From NCBI GenBank assembly GCA_965531145.1, contig CBESOE010000009.1, positions 828 to 64,827 of the forward strand: 64,000 nt of DNA, in the 5' to 3' direction. Each line of letters begins with the position of its first letter. Position 1 is the first letter of the stretch. The notes beneath the pieces are model-generated. The model was not told the DNA's origin and ran no database searches. It saw only the letters and a list, made by a program, of their open reading frames with translations. A program made the translations under genes and the position numbers. Origin of the DNA: an uncultured bacterium (GTDB lineage: Bacteria; Acidobacteriota; JAQAZP01). Below, piece after piece: positions 1 through 8,326 of this stretch.

Positions 1-294
1 CAGGTAGGGCTGCTGGCCTGTGTGGCCATCGATCTCCAGGAAGAAGTCCGGAGCACCGTCGTCACGGCTGGCCATACCAAGGGTGAACCAGTCCTGGGCC
101 AGGGCAGCGGTCATATCGGCGTTGGCCGTGCCGCCGAGCACCAGCATTTTCCAGCCCGGGGCATAGTCCTCGCCCTCGTTCTGTTGGTTGTAGTAGCCCG
201 CAAGTTTCTCAGCCTGGGCATCGTCCCACAACGCCGCGGCGGTGGAGGGCAGGGGCACCGGGTTGAGGGACACCGGAGTGACGCTGAAGTAGGG
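1..294 (-). CDS. Open coding frame continuing 3' of the in-frame TGA at 295-297 and running off the window start. It is either a Sec/readthrough continuation of the 295..576 secreted protein or a separate downstream gene.
   Basis: 98 sense codons in the same frame as the 295..576 CDS. Third codon positions are almost all G/C. The translation is protein-like: PYFSVTPVSLNPVPLPSTAAALWDDAQAEKLAGYYNQQNEGEDYAPGWKMLVLGGTANADMTAALAQDWFTLGMASRDDGAPDFFLEIDGHTGQQPYL. Confidence 0.35.
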
Positions 295-576
295 TCAGTT
301 TGTTGCGTTGACGTAGAAGTTGAACTGGACCACGGTCACGGTGGTCCCGTCGGTGATCGAGCTCACGTCAAACTTGAAATAACCGGTCTCCATCCGGATC
401 GCGCCGGCAGCGAGACCACCATACACCAGCGCCTCACCGTCGGCCTTGGAGGCGTAGTTGGTGGTTCCGGTGGTGTTGGTCTCCAAGGTGGGGTAAACCG
501 TCCAGTTCGCGGCCATGGCACCAGTGGCGCCAAGTCCAAGAACCAGCAAAACAGCGATAAGATGTCTGATCCTCAT
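295..576 (-). CDS. Hypothetical small secreted protein of 93 aa. It has an N-terminal signal peptide and Thr/Asn-rich beta-type sequence. It ends at a TGA that is in frame with further coding sequence.
   Basis: ATG at 576 (MRIRHLIAVLLVLGLGATGAMA-ANW) is preceded by AGGAGA 4 nt upstream. The longer ORF-track start at 654 lacks an RBS. The reading frame is stop-free beyond the TGA. Confidence 0.55.
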   Translation of the reverse strand: MRIRHLIAVLLVLGLGATGAMAANWTVYPTLETNTTGTTNYASKADGEALVYGGLAAGAIRMETGYFKFDVSSITDGTTVTVVQFNFYVNATN

Positions 577-1099
577 TGCTTCTCCTGTGGAGTAGTTGCG
601 ACCCGGCGTTTCTCTATGCGCCGGTAACGCATTACAGGGTTTGGGAACGTGCAACGAACAGACGAAACGATATCTTTTGACAACAGCCGCCTACGTGTGT
701 TCACCTCCTTTTTTCGTTCGTCATGCGACCGTCGACAAGAATTATGATAAAGGCCTCTCGGCCGAAGAACAGGGGTCTCCCGGCTCATGCTTCCCGCATT
801 CAGAAGAATGAATAGAATTGTCTTGTGCCAAGGCACCGGTGTCCGGGCACGAGAGAAACAGCTTTCACTGCTAAACCACACACAAATTGGTAATTCGACA
901 CGACCGAAGCTGGCGAAATGGAGTGTTCCAGACGCGACTCCGGAAATCCTAAGTGGAGTGCTATAGAACATTACGTGCAAAAATGCAAGAATTGTTAGTT
1001 TTCAAATCCTCCAATAGTTACCAAAAATGAAGGACCTACGGGCACCGGGGAACCGCGGTTGGCGACCTGCGTTTGATAAAGTGACGCAGCAGGCGGCCG

Positions 1100-1128
1100 T
1101 TGACAGCACTGCGGCCCCGTGCTATATT
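1100..1128 (+). promoter_or_regulatory. Sigma-70-type promoter for the TonB-like gene.
   Basis: TTGACA (1100-1105), 17-nt spacer, TATATT (1123-1128). It lies in a lower-GC intergenic region about 90 nt upstream of the start codon. Confidence 0.55.
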
Positions 1129-1215
1129 TATTTTTGAGCCTAACTCTAATCAGATCAATGAATTCAAAGCGAATCACCATCCCCGCCGGTGGAGATCGCC
1201 ATCCGGAGATGCGTC

Positions 1216-2526
1216 ATGGCCCAAGACCATCGATCAGACGACCAGGAGAGCCTGTTTCCCAGCGACAACACTGATGAACAGGCTGAATCCGTTGATAGTG
1301 GCACCTCCAGGGATCACCATCCCGACCTCTCATTCGAAGAGGAGCGGCTGCGCAACGGTGATATCTCTTTCCGGCCGGTCTCGCTTCCCGGGTCGGACCC
1401 GGAACCGGCGGACAGCAGGGGCGGTACCGGCGGCACCGCGTTGATGATCATCGCCGCCATCGTGGTGGTTATTCTGCTCACCTCTGTCATTTACACCTTC
1501 TACTCCCCTTCTCACTCCGGATCCGAAGAGGCTGCAGTGGTGGAACCGGAGGAATTGCCCATCGTTCCCCTGGAACAGCCAGTGGATCAGGCTGAAGAAT
1601 CGGAGGAGCCGGCGGCTATTTTCCGGGCCCACGCAGAGCTCCAGGAGAATTACCGCCGGTCCGAGGTCCGGATTTCCGAGCTGGAGGCCGAACTGGACAC
1701 CCTGCGCAAGGCGGGCCCGGCGGCAACCCCAACCACCGGTTCAGTGGTGGACCAGGATCGTCTGGGACGGCTGGAAGAGGAGAACCGCAGCCTGAAAGCC
1801 GACCTTGAGCGGCAGCGGCGGGACAGCGAAACGGCGGTCTCCAGGGCGGAAAAGCTGGTGCAGCGGGCCGAAGCCGGCGTGACCGAGGAGCGCAACCGCA
1901 GCCGTGCCGCCCGGCAGGAGGCGGAGTCCCTGGCCGGTGAAAAGGAGGTCCTGACCACCGAACTGGATGCCCAGAAAACCCGGGTGTCCCAACTGGAAGC
2001 CGAGCTGGCGCAGCGAGCCGCCACCACCACCACCAGGCAGGAGGGCGAATCCGAGGCGGTGCGGCAGTTGATGAGCCGTCACGCCGAAGAGCTGGATCGG
2101 GAACGCAAGGTGACCCGGGAGAAAGAGGCGGAAATTCTGCGTCTCAAGGGGGTGATCGCCCGGATCTCAGTGGAGGAGCCCGCCACCGGAACCCCGACCC
2201 GGACAGCTCAGCAGTCCGGGTCCACCGCCGCTTCCGCCACCGCCTCGGCAAACGGCACCCTCTCCCCCCCGCGGCTCCTCACCCGCACCGCGCCCGAGTA
2301 TCCGATGAACGCTCGCCGGCTGCGGGTGGAAGGTACGGTTCTGCTCAACGTTCTGGTGGGTACCGACGGCAAGGTCCGGGAAGTGAAGGTGGTGGAAGCG
2401 GATGGAGGCAAGCTGCTCTCCCCCGCCGCCGTGGATGCCGTGCGGAAGTGGACGTTTTCACCGGCGACCCGCGGGGGCCAGCCGGTGGAGTGCTGGCACA
2501 AGGTGCCGATCAGATTTGCCCTCTGA
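1216..2526 (+). CDS. TonB family energy-transducer-like protein. It has an N-terminal TM anchor, a long charged coiled-coil/Pro-rich linker, and a C-terminal TonB-C domain.
   Basis: GGAG 7 nt before ATG 1216; the ORF-track start at 1189 is a GTG. TM segment ALMIIAAIVVVILLTSVIYTFY. C-terminus APEYPMNARRLRVEGTVLLNVLVGTDGKVREVKVVEADGGKLLSPAAVDAVRKWTFSPA matches the TonB_C fold signature. Confidence 0.75.
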   Translation: MAQDHRSDDQESLFPSDNTDEQAESVDSGTSRDHHPDLSFEEERLRNGDISFRPVSLPGSDPEPADSRGGTGGTALMIIAAIVVVILLTSVIYTFYSPSHSGSEEAAVVEPEELPIVPLEQPVDQAEESEEPAAIFRAHAELQENYRRSEVRISELEAELDTLRKAGPAATPTTGSVVDQDRLGRLEEENRSLKADLERQRRDSETAVSRAEKLVQRAEAGVTEERNRSRAARQEAESLAGEKEVLTTELDAQKTRVSQLEAELAQRAATTTTRQEGESEAVRQLMSRHAEELDRERKVTREKEAEILRLKGVIARISVEEPATGTPTRTAQQSGSTAASATASANGTLSPPRLLTRTAPEYPMNARRLRVEGTVLLNVLVGTDGKVREVKVVEADGGKLLSPAAVDAVRKWTFSPATRGGQPVECWHKVPIRFAL

Positions 2527-2535
2527 TGACGGCGG

Positions 2536-3039
2536 TCAGGACTGCTCATCAGCCAGGCTGGCCGCCACCCGGCTGAAGGTCCCCTCCAAGGTCTCGGGCA
2601 ACACCTTTGTTTCGCCGATGACGGCCATGGCACTGGTGTCCCCGGTCCACCGCGGCACCAGGTGCATGTGCACGTGGCCCACCACCCCGGCCCCGGCACA
2701 GGCCCCGATATTCAGCCCGATGTTCATCCCCTCGGGACGGTATGCACTGAACAGCGCCTTTTCGGCGCGGGCCGTGGCTTCCATCAGTCCGGTCCGCTCT
2801 TCCGGGGTCAGATCCTCCAGGCGGGCCACGTGCCGCTCAGGCGCCGCCATCAGGTGGCCGGAATTGTACGGGTAGCGGTTGAGCATGATCAGCATGCCGC
2901 CGCCGCGCCAGAGCACCAGGTTGTCCCTGTCCTTTTCCGCTTCCTGCCAGACCCGGCAGAAAAGACAGCCCTGCTCCTTTTCCCCCTCGATATAGTTGAG
3001 GCGCCACGGCGTGTACATCTGGTCGAAACCCATCTTCAT
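2536..3039 (-). CDS. HIT (histidine triad) family hydrolase.
   Basis: HVHMHLVPR histidine-triad motif and NRYPYNSGHLM motif. Overlaps the upstream aroA(G)-like gene by 4 nt (ATGA). Confidence 0.85.
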   Translation of the reverse strand: MKMGFDQMYTPWRLNYIEGEKEQGCLFCRVWQEAEKDRDNLVLWRGGGMLIMLNRYPYNSGHLMAAPERHVARLEDLTPEERTGLMEATARAEKALFSAYRPEGMNIGLNIGACAGAGVVGHVHMHLVPRWTGDTSAMAVIGETKVLPETLEGTFSRVAASLADEQS

Positions 3040-4175
3040 GCCCCCTTCCCGGCCGCCGGCCCTTTCTCCCGGAGGAACAGCTCCAGCTCGGACACCAGCT
3101 TGCCGAACTGCGGCAGGTCAAGTTGCTGACCGCTGTCGGAGAGGGCCACCTGCGGCCGGTGGTGCACTTCCACCATCAGCCCGTCGGCACCGGCGGCCAG
3201 CGCCGCCCGGGAGATCGGCCCCACGATGTCCTTGCGGCCGGTGGAGTGGCTGACATCCACCAGCACCGGCAGGTGGCTCTCCGTTTTGAGGATGGGGACC
3301 GCCGAGATGTCGAGGGTATTGCGGGTCCACCGCTCGAAGGTCCGGATCCCGCGCTCGCAGAGGATGATCCGCTCGTTGCCCCGGTGGAGGACGTACTCGG
3401 CGGCCTGCAGGAACTCTTCCAGGGTGGCCATGAACCCCCGCTTGATCAGCAGCGGCTTGCTGCAGCGGCCCAGTTCCTTGAGCAGTTCGTAGTTGAACAT
3501 GTTGCGGGTGCCCACCTGCAGAATGTCCGCGTGGTCGGCCACCAGCCCCACGTCCCGCGGGTCGAGGACCTCGGTCACGGTGAGCAGCCCGTGCTTCGCC
3601 GCCACCAGTTGCAGAATTTCCAGGCCGCGCTCCTTGAGCCCCTGAAAGCTGTAGGGCGAGGTCCGCGGTTTGAAAGCGCCGCCGCGGAGCACCCGCACCC
3701 CAAGCTTCTTCAGCCGGCGCGCCACCTTGTCCAGTTGTTCAAAGCTCTCCACGGCGCAGGGGCCGGCCATGATCACCGGGGGATTGCCGCCGCCGATGGC
3801 CAGGTCGTCCACCCGCACCACCGTGTCCCGCTTGCGGTAACTGCGGCTGGTCTTGGCCACCACCCGGGCCAGTTCGTCGATCTGCCGGGCCGAAGCCTTG
3901 AAGATCTCCTTGAACAGCGCGGTGATCACCGAATCGGGAAAGGGGCCGCGGTTCTTCTTCAGCAGCAGTTCCATCATCTGCGACTCGCGCAGCGGATCGT
4001 AAGTGACCAGGCCCTGCTCCTTCTTGATCTCGCCGATTCGCTGTACGGCGTCTGCCCGACGGTTGAGCAGGTCGAGCAGTTCAAGGTTCAGGCCGTTGAC
4101 TTCCCGGCGCAGGGGCTCGAGGCTGGCCGGCGGCCGGGCCGCCCCGGTCTTTTTCTTTCGCTTCTCCGCTGACAT
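3036..4175 (-). CDS. Bifunctional chorismate mutase / 3-deoxy-7-phosphoheptulonate (DAHP) synthase, AroA(G)-type.
   Basis: N-terminal AroQ chorismate mutase helix (LNLELLDLLNRRADAVQRIGEIKKEQG...YDPLRE) is followed by a KDO8P/DAHP-synthase I-beta TIM barrel (GPCAVESFEQL...LRGGAFKPRTSPYSFQGL...VDVSHSTGRKD). Confidence 0.85.
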   Translation of the reverse strand: MSAEKRKKKTGAARPPASLEPLRREVNGLNLELLDLLNRRADAVQRIGEIKKEQGLVTYDPLRESQMMELLLKKNRGPFPDSVITALFKEIFKASARQIDELARVVAKTSRSYRKRDTVVRVDDLAIGGGNPPVIMAGPCAVESFEQLDKVARRLKKLGVRVLRGGAFKPRTSPYSFQGLKERGLEILQLVAAKHGLLTVTEVLDPRDVGLVADHADILQVGTRNMFNYELLKELGRCSKPLLIKRGFMATLEEFLQAAEYVLHRGNERIILCERGIRTFERWTRNTLDISAVPILKTESHLPVLVDVSHSTGRKDIVGPISRAALAAGADGLMVEVHHRPQVALSDSGQQLDLPQFGKLVSELELFLREKGPAAGKGA

Positions 4176-4210
4176 TCACTCCCCTTTCCTGGATGTCGAT
4201 TCCGATACAG

Positions 4211-5506
4211 CTAAACCGCACTGACGCCGCCGCCCGGCTCCGGGTTGAGCATAAAGGGCAGTTCCTTGCGGAACCCCAGCCGCGCCCGGATGCGGTCCAG
4301 CAGCCCGGGCGGGTCGCCGGCCACCAGACGCTCCACGTGCCCGCCGCCGTCGATGGCCAATCGCACCCGGCTGAACGGTCCGCCCGCCGCCTGGAACAGC
4401 GGCAGATGCTCGGTTCGTCCCAGCAACGGACGGCCGCCGCGGAGCAGCAGGAGGATATCCCCGGCACGGGCCTCCACCAGTGCGGCATAGGGGTCTTTGC
4501 CCTGCCCCTCCGGCGTCAGACAGAGGATATCCGCCTGGCAGCCCGGGTCCAGGCGGCCCGCCAGCCCCTCCAACCGCAGAGCCCGGGCCGCGTTGACCGT
4601 CACCATGCGGAAGAGATCCCTGGCCGGCAGTTCCTCCCCGTAACGCTCATTGTAACAGGTGCGGGCCACCCGCATCTCCTCCAGCAGACCCGGGGTCCCG
4701 GTGAACAGGGAATCGGTGCCCAGGCAGATGTTGACCCCGGCCCACAGCAACTGCCGGATATCGGTGGTTTTGCCGAACATGAACATGTTGGAACCGGGGC
4801 ACCAGGCGAGACTGGCTTCCCGCCGGGCGGCCAGCGCCGCATCGGGTGCGGTGAAGGCCACGCCGTGGACCAGCAGGGTTTGCGGCCCCAGGGCACCGAT
4901 GGCGTCCAGCGCCTGAAGTTCCCCCCGGGTTTCCAGGTCGTGCCCCTCCCCCACATGGACCATGAAGGGCTGGTCCAAATCGCTGGCCCGGGCATACTCC
5001 ACCGCGGGGCCGTCCCCCCAGCGCAGCCTGAACGAGGCCACCGAGTGGGCCAGGCAGTAAGGCCCCACCACCCCAACCAGCATGTCGCCGATGTGCGGGG
5101 CTGATATTTTCCGCGGAATATGATCGGCCACGGTGGTGACCCCGGAGAGGATCGACTTCAACCCGCCCAGTTGATACACGGTGCCGGCATCGATCATGTT
5201 CCGTTGCCGGAAAACCGCGGAGCGCTTGAGGTCGTTGTCCCAGTACAGCCAGTTGAGGTAGGGGCCGAACCCCACCCGTGGCTGGAAGGTGCCGATGAGG
5301 TGGTCGTGGGCATTGATCAAACCGGGGTAAATCAGCGTCACGGGGGGCAGGGAGACGGTGAAGACCTGGCCCCCGGGGCCTGCCGGGCCGTCCAGCCCCT
5401 CGATTAGACCAGACGCGCCGGCACGTATCCGGCCGTTGGGCTCCGTCCCCTCCGCCGTGACACGCAGGCCGTTGATCAGTTCCAGGATCACGTCAGATAT
5501 CCCCAT
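4211..5506 (-). CDS. Metal-dependent amidohydrolase of the nucleoside/aminofutalosine/MTA-SAH deaminase-like family.
   Basis: HxH metal site (INAHDHL), HGV and D-containing barrel motifs, ~430 aa. Start reassigned to the internal ATG (MGISDV), because a TTGACG-18-TATAAT promoter lies inside the longer ORF-track extension. Confidence 0.75.
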   Translation of the reverse strand: MGISDVILELINGLRVTAEGTEPNGRIRAGASGLIEGLDGPAGPGGQVFTVSLPPVTLIYPGLINAHDHLIGTFQPRVGFGPYLNWLYWDNDLKRSAVFRQRNMIDAGTVYQLGGLKSILSGVTTVADHIPRKISAPHIGDMLVGVVGPYCLAHSVASFRLRWGDGPAVEYARASDLDQPFMVHVGEGHDLETRGELQALDAIGALGPQTLLVHGVAFTAPDAALAARREASLAWCPGSNMFMFGKTTDIRQLLWAGVNICLGTDSLFTGTPGLLEEMRVARTCYNERYGEELPARDLFRMVTVNAARALRLEGLAGRLDPGCQADILCLTPEGQGKDPYAALVEARAGDILLLLRGGRPLLGRTEHLPLFQAAGGPFSRVRLAIDGGGHVERLVAGDPPGLLDRIRARLGFRKELPFMLNPEPGGGVSAV

Positions 5507-5533
5507 TGAAAATGCCGCCGCCAGACCTGGAAA

Positions 5534-5563
5534 ATTATATTGGCGCACTCCACACCGCGTCAA
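5534..5563 (-). promoter_or_regulatory. Sigma-70-type promoter of the amidohydrolase gene.
   Basis: On the minus strand, TTGACG (5563-5558), 18-nt spacer, TATAAT (5539-5534). It is about 28 nt upstream of ATG 5506. Confidence 0.45.
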
Positions 5564-5717
5564 TTGACCGGATGAGGAATCTATCGGCTAATGAAAACCA
5601 TTCGATCAGGCGATAAGAGAGATGTTGTCGTACTACCAGTCCGCCGCGACGGATTCACCGCTGGCGGGCCCGTGGGTCAACGGCGGAGTATCCGCCTTGT
5701 CTTTTGTAAGGGGCAGC

Positions 5718-6110
5718 ATGAACGACGCATCAACAGCCGTAATCGACACCGGCCACAAGGACATCAAGGCCAGTGTCCGTAAGAGCCGCCGGAACAAGGC
5801 GCGGACGGAGCTCAATGTGAAGGTCGAATACCGTACCCTCGATGCCGTGTTGTGGAATTTCTCCACCAACATCAACGAGGGCGGGATCTTCATCAGGTCC
5901 AACCGTCCCCAACCGCCGGGAACCGCGGTCCACCTCCGTTTTTTCCTCCCTGACGTGCTCAAGGCGATCCAGGTGGAAGGCGAGGTGATGTGGTGCAACA
6001 CCGACCCTCGCGACGGGGATTGCGGTATGGGCATCGAGTTCCACGAACTGCACGGCGGCGACAAACGGATGATCAACCAGTTGATCACCAGTTTACGCCA
6101 GGACAGCTGA
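5718..6110 (+). CDS. PilZ-domain protein (putative c-di-GMP binding).
   Basis: AAGGGG RBS 4 nt before ATG 5718. RxxxR motif (RRNKAR) and a degenerate D/NxSxxG-like motif (NINEGGIFIRS) with PilZ beta-barrel spacing. Confidence 0.55.
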   Translation: MNDASTAVIDTGHKDIKASVRKSRRNKARTELNVKVEYRTLDAVLWNFSTNINEGGIFIRSNRPQPPGTAVHLRFFLPDVLKAIQVEGEVMWCNTDPRDGDCGMGIEFHELHGGDKRMINQLITSLRQDS

Positions 6111-6125
6111 GCCACAGTCGAACGC

Positions 6126-7721
6126 TCAATCCCTCTCCCCCGGGAAGAGTCGCTCCATGCCGCGGCACTCCAGCCGCCGGGCGAGGCCTTCCCCCGAACC
6201 GGTTCTCCGACCGGTGAACGGCCGGCCCAGATCATTCCAGGTCCATGGTCTGCCTGCACCCAGCAGGGCCTCCACCTCGTTTCCCAGATGCGGCAGCACC
6301 GGCGAGAGCAGGATGGCGACATCACGGCAGACGGCCAGGCCGGGACAGGGTGTGTCCCGGGCCACCCGGACCAGCTCCTGCACCTCGGCCATGGCCCGCT
6401 GGAAATCGATGGCCGCATAGGCCTCGCCGATGCCGGCATAGCGCCGGAGCAGGGTCTCGGGAACCGCTCCTGCAACGGTGGATGTGCCGGAGTCCCCGCC
6501 GGGATCGAGAGCACGACGGATGAATCCCGTGATCAGTCCCCCCAGTTCATCGCTGACCCGTTCCGCCAGACGGCCGGGACTGATGTCGATCTCCTCCAGC
6601 CCGGGACCCAACCGGCTGGCCACCGCATAGCGCAGGCACTCGGGGTCAACGCTGTTGGCCAGGTCACGGGCGATGATCGGCGGACCGTGGCGCCCGGCCA
6701 CCCGCCGGCCGTCCACGCTGAGAAAGCCCTGGGCCACGATGCGGCCGGGCAGGCTGAAATCGGCCCCCATCAGCATCGCCGGCCAGAACAGGGTGTGGAA
6801 GGCGATGATGTCGCGGCGGACGAACTGGACGATCTCGCTCTTCCCGTCGTGCCAGTACGGTTCGCGGCCCGCCCCGGAGCGGGGGCCGCAACCGGCCGCC
6901 CCGGAGAGGTAGCCCAGCGGGGCATCGAGCCAGACGCAGAAGAACTTCTTCAGTTCGCCGGGCACCGGGAAGCCGAAGTAGGGGCCGTCCCGGCTGATGC
7001 ACCAGTCATCCAGCCCCTCCCGCAGTCGGGAGTCAACCCAATGTTCCACCTCCGGCTGCAGCCCGCCGCCGGAGTGGACCCAGGAGGCCAGCCGGCCGGA
7101 GAACTCGCTGAGCCGGAAAAAGTAGTGGCGGGAGAGCCGCTGCTCCGGTTCCCCCCCGCAGGTGGGACAGCGGGATCCCCGCGCGTCGCCCGGGTGGCCG
7201 TCCCCGCTGCAGAGCGTGCAGAGGTTGCCGTTGCGCACGGCCGTTCCGCACCCGGGGCAGCGTCCGCGGTCGAAGCGGTCGGCGAGGAAGCGGCGGCAAC
7301 GCCCGCAGTAATCCAGGAGTATCTCTTTCTCGTAGACATACCCCTTTTCCTTCAGCCGGTTGAAAACCAGCGCACTGAGTTCCCGGTTGTCCTCCCCGTG
7401 GGTCGAGTTGAACGAGCTGAACTCGATGTGCAGGGCATCGAAATCCCGCAGGTGCTCCTCGTGGAACCGGTCGGCCAGCTGCTCCGGTTCCACCCCGGCG
7501 GCCGCGGCATTGATCTGCACCTCGGTGCCGTGACTGTCCGCTCCGCCGATGAAGATGGCCTCACGCCCCACCAGCCGCAGGAAGCGCGTGTAGATGTCGG
7601 CCTGCAGGGCGTCCACCAGCTGGCCCAGGCGCAGCGAGCTGCTGGCATAGGGGAAGGAACTGGTGATCAGAGCCCTCCGCGACATCTGGTCAGAACTGAA
7701 CGGCCGGGGCACGGTGCTCAT
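6126..7721 (-). CDS. Methionyl-tRNA synthetase paralog with degenerate catalytic motifs (pseudo-MetRS).
   Basis: Clear MetRS catalytic-core and Zn-knuckle homology: ITSSFPYASSS, QADIYTRFLRL, ADSHGT, CGRC...CPGCG...CTLC...CPTCG, DWCISRDGPYFGFPVPG, FCVWLDAPLGY, FHTLFWPAML. HIGH is replaced by RLGQ and KMSKS by RRVAG. Confidence 0.8.
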   Translation of the reverse strand: MSTVPRPFSSDQMSRRALITSSFPYASSSLRLGQLVDALQADIYTRFLRLVGREAIFIGGADSHGTEVQINAAAAGVEPEQLADRFHEEHLRDFDALHIEFSSFNSTHGEDNRELSALVFNRLKEKGYVYEKEILLDYCGRCRRFLADRFDRGRCPGCGTAVRNGNLCTLCSGDGHPGDARGSRCPTCGGEPEQRLSRHYFFRLSEFSGRLASWVHSGGGLQPEVEHWVDSRLREGLDDWCISRDGPYFGFPVPGELKKFFCVWLDAPLGYLSGAAGCGPRSGAGREPYWHDGKSEIVQFVRRDIIAFHTLFWPAMLMGADFSLPGRIVAQGFLSVDGRRVAGRHGPPIIARDLANSVDPECLRYAVASRLGPGLEEIDISPGRLAERVSDELGGLITGFIRRALDPGGDSGTSTVAGAVPETLLRRYAGIGEAYAAIDFQRAMAEVQELVRVARDTPCPGLAVCRDVAILLSPVLPHLGNEVEALLGAGRPWTWNDLGRPFTGRRTGSGEGLARRLECRGMERLFPGERD

Positions 7722-7840
7722 GACGGGCGGATCTCCGAATCGGGTTACGGGTTTTCTCCACGGGCGTCGTATGGTATTACAACAGCTTGCCGCAGGACAA
7801 CCGGCCGGCTGCCGGCCATTCGCCGCGGGAACGAGGCCCC

Positions 7841-8326
7841 ATGTCTTCTGAAGATAAGAATACCACCTGCCGCCTGCGGCCGTTCCGCCGCAGTGACCTG
7901 CCGCACCTCGTCCGGCTGGACCGCCGCTGTTTCTCCGCCGCCATCGCCTACGACCGCTTCGAGATGGTCTACCACCTCACCGCGCCCCGCCACATCTGTC
8001 TGTTGGCCGTTCCAACCGCCGGCGGCCCTCCCCCGCTGCTCGGGTTTGTCATCGCCGCCGCCGGCAGGACTGGCGGCGAGGGGCAGATCATCACCATCGA
8101 TGTGGACCCCGATGCCCGCCGCCGCGGCGTGGGCCGATTGCTGCTGGAGGCCGCGGAGGAAGAACTGGCCGGGTATGGCAACCGGGAGGTGCGGCTGCAG
8201 GTTGCCGAAAACAATGCCGGGGCCCGGGACTTCTACCAGGGCCATGGCTATACCGCCATCGGCCTCCGGCCGGACTACTACCCCGACGGCACCGACGCGG
8301 TGGAGATGGTCAAGCGGATCACCTGA
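7841..8326 (+). CDS. GNAT family N-acetyltransferase (RimI-like).
   Basis: GAGG RBS before ATG 7841. Acetyl-CoA motif RRRGVGRLLLEAAEEELAGYG and NNAGARDFYQGHGY. Confidence 0.75.
   Translation: MSSEDKNTTCRLRPFRRSDLPHLVRLDRRCFSAAIAYDRFEMVYHLTAPRHICLLAVPTAGGPPPLLGFVIAAAGRTGGEGQIITIDVDPDARRRGVGRLLLEAAEEELAGYGNREVRLQVAENNAGARDFYQGHGYTAIGLRPDYYPDGTDAVEMVKRIT

Noticed and set aside
22-627. 201-aa ORF on the + strand at the window start.
   Set aside because: Antisense to the GC3-biased minus-strand coding frame. Gly/Val/Arg-rich with no motif.
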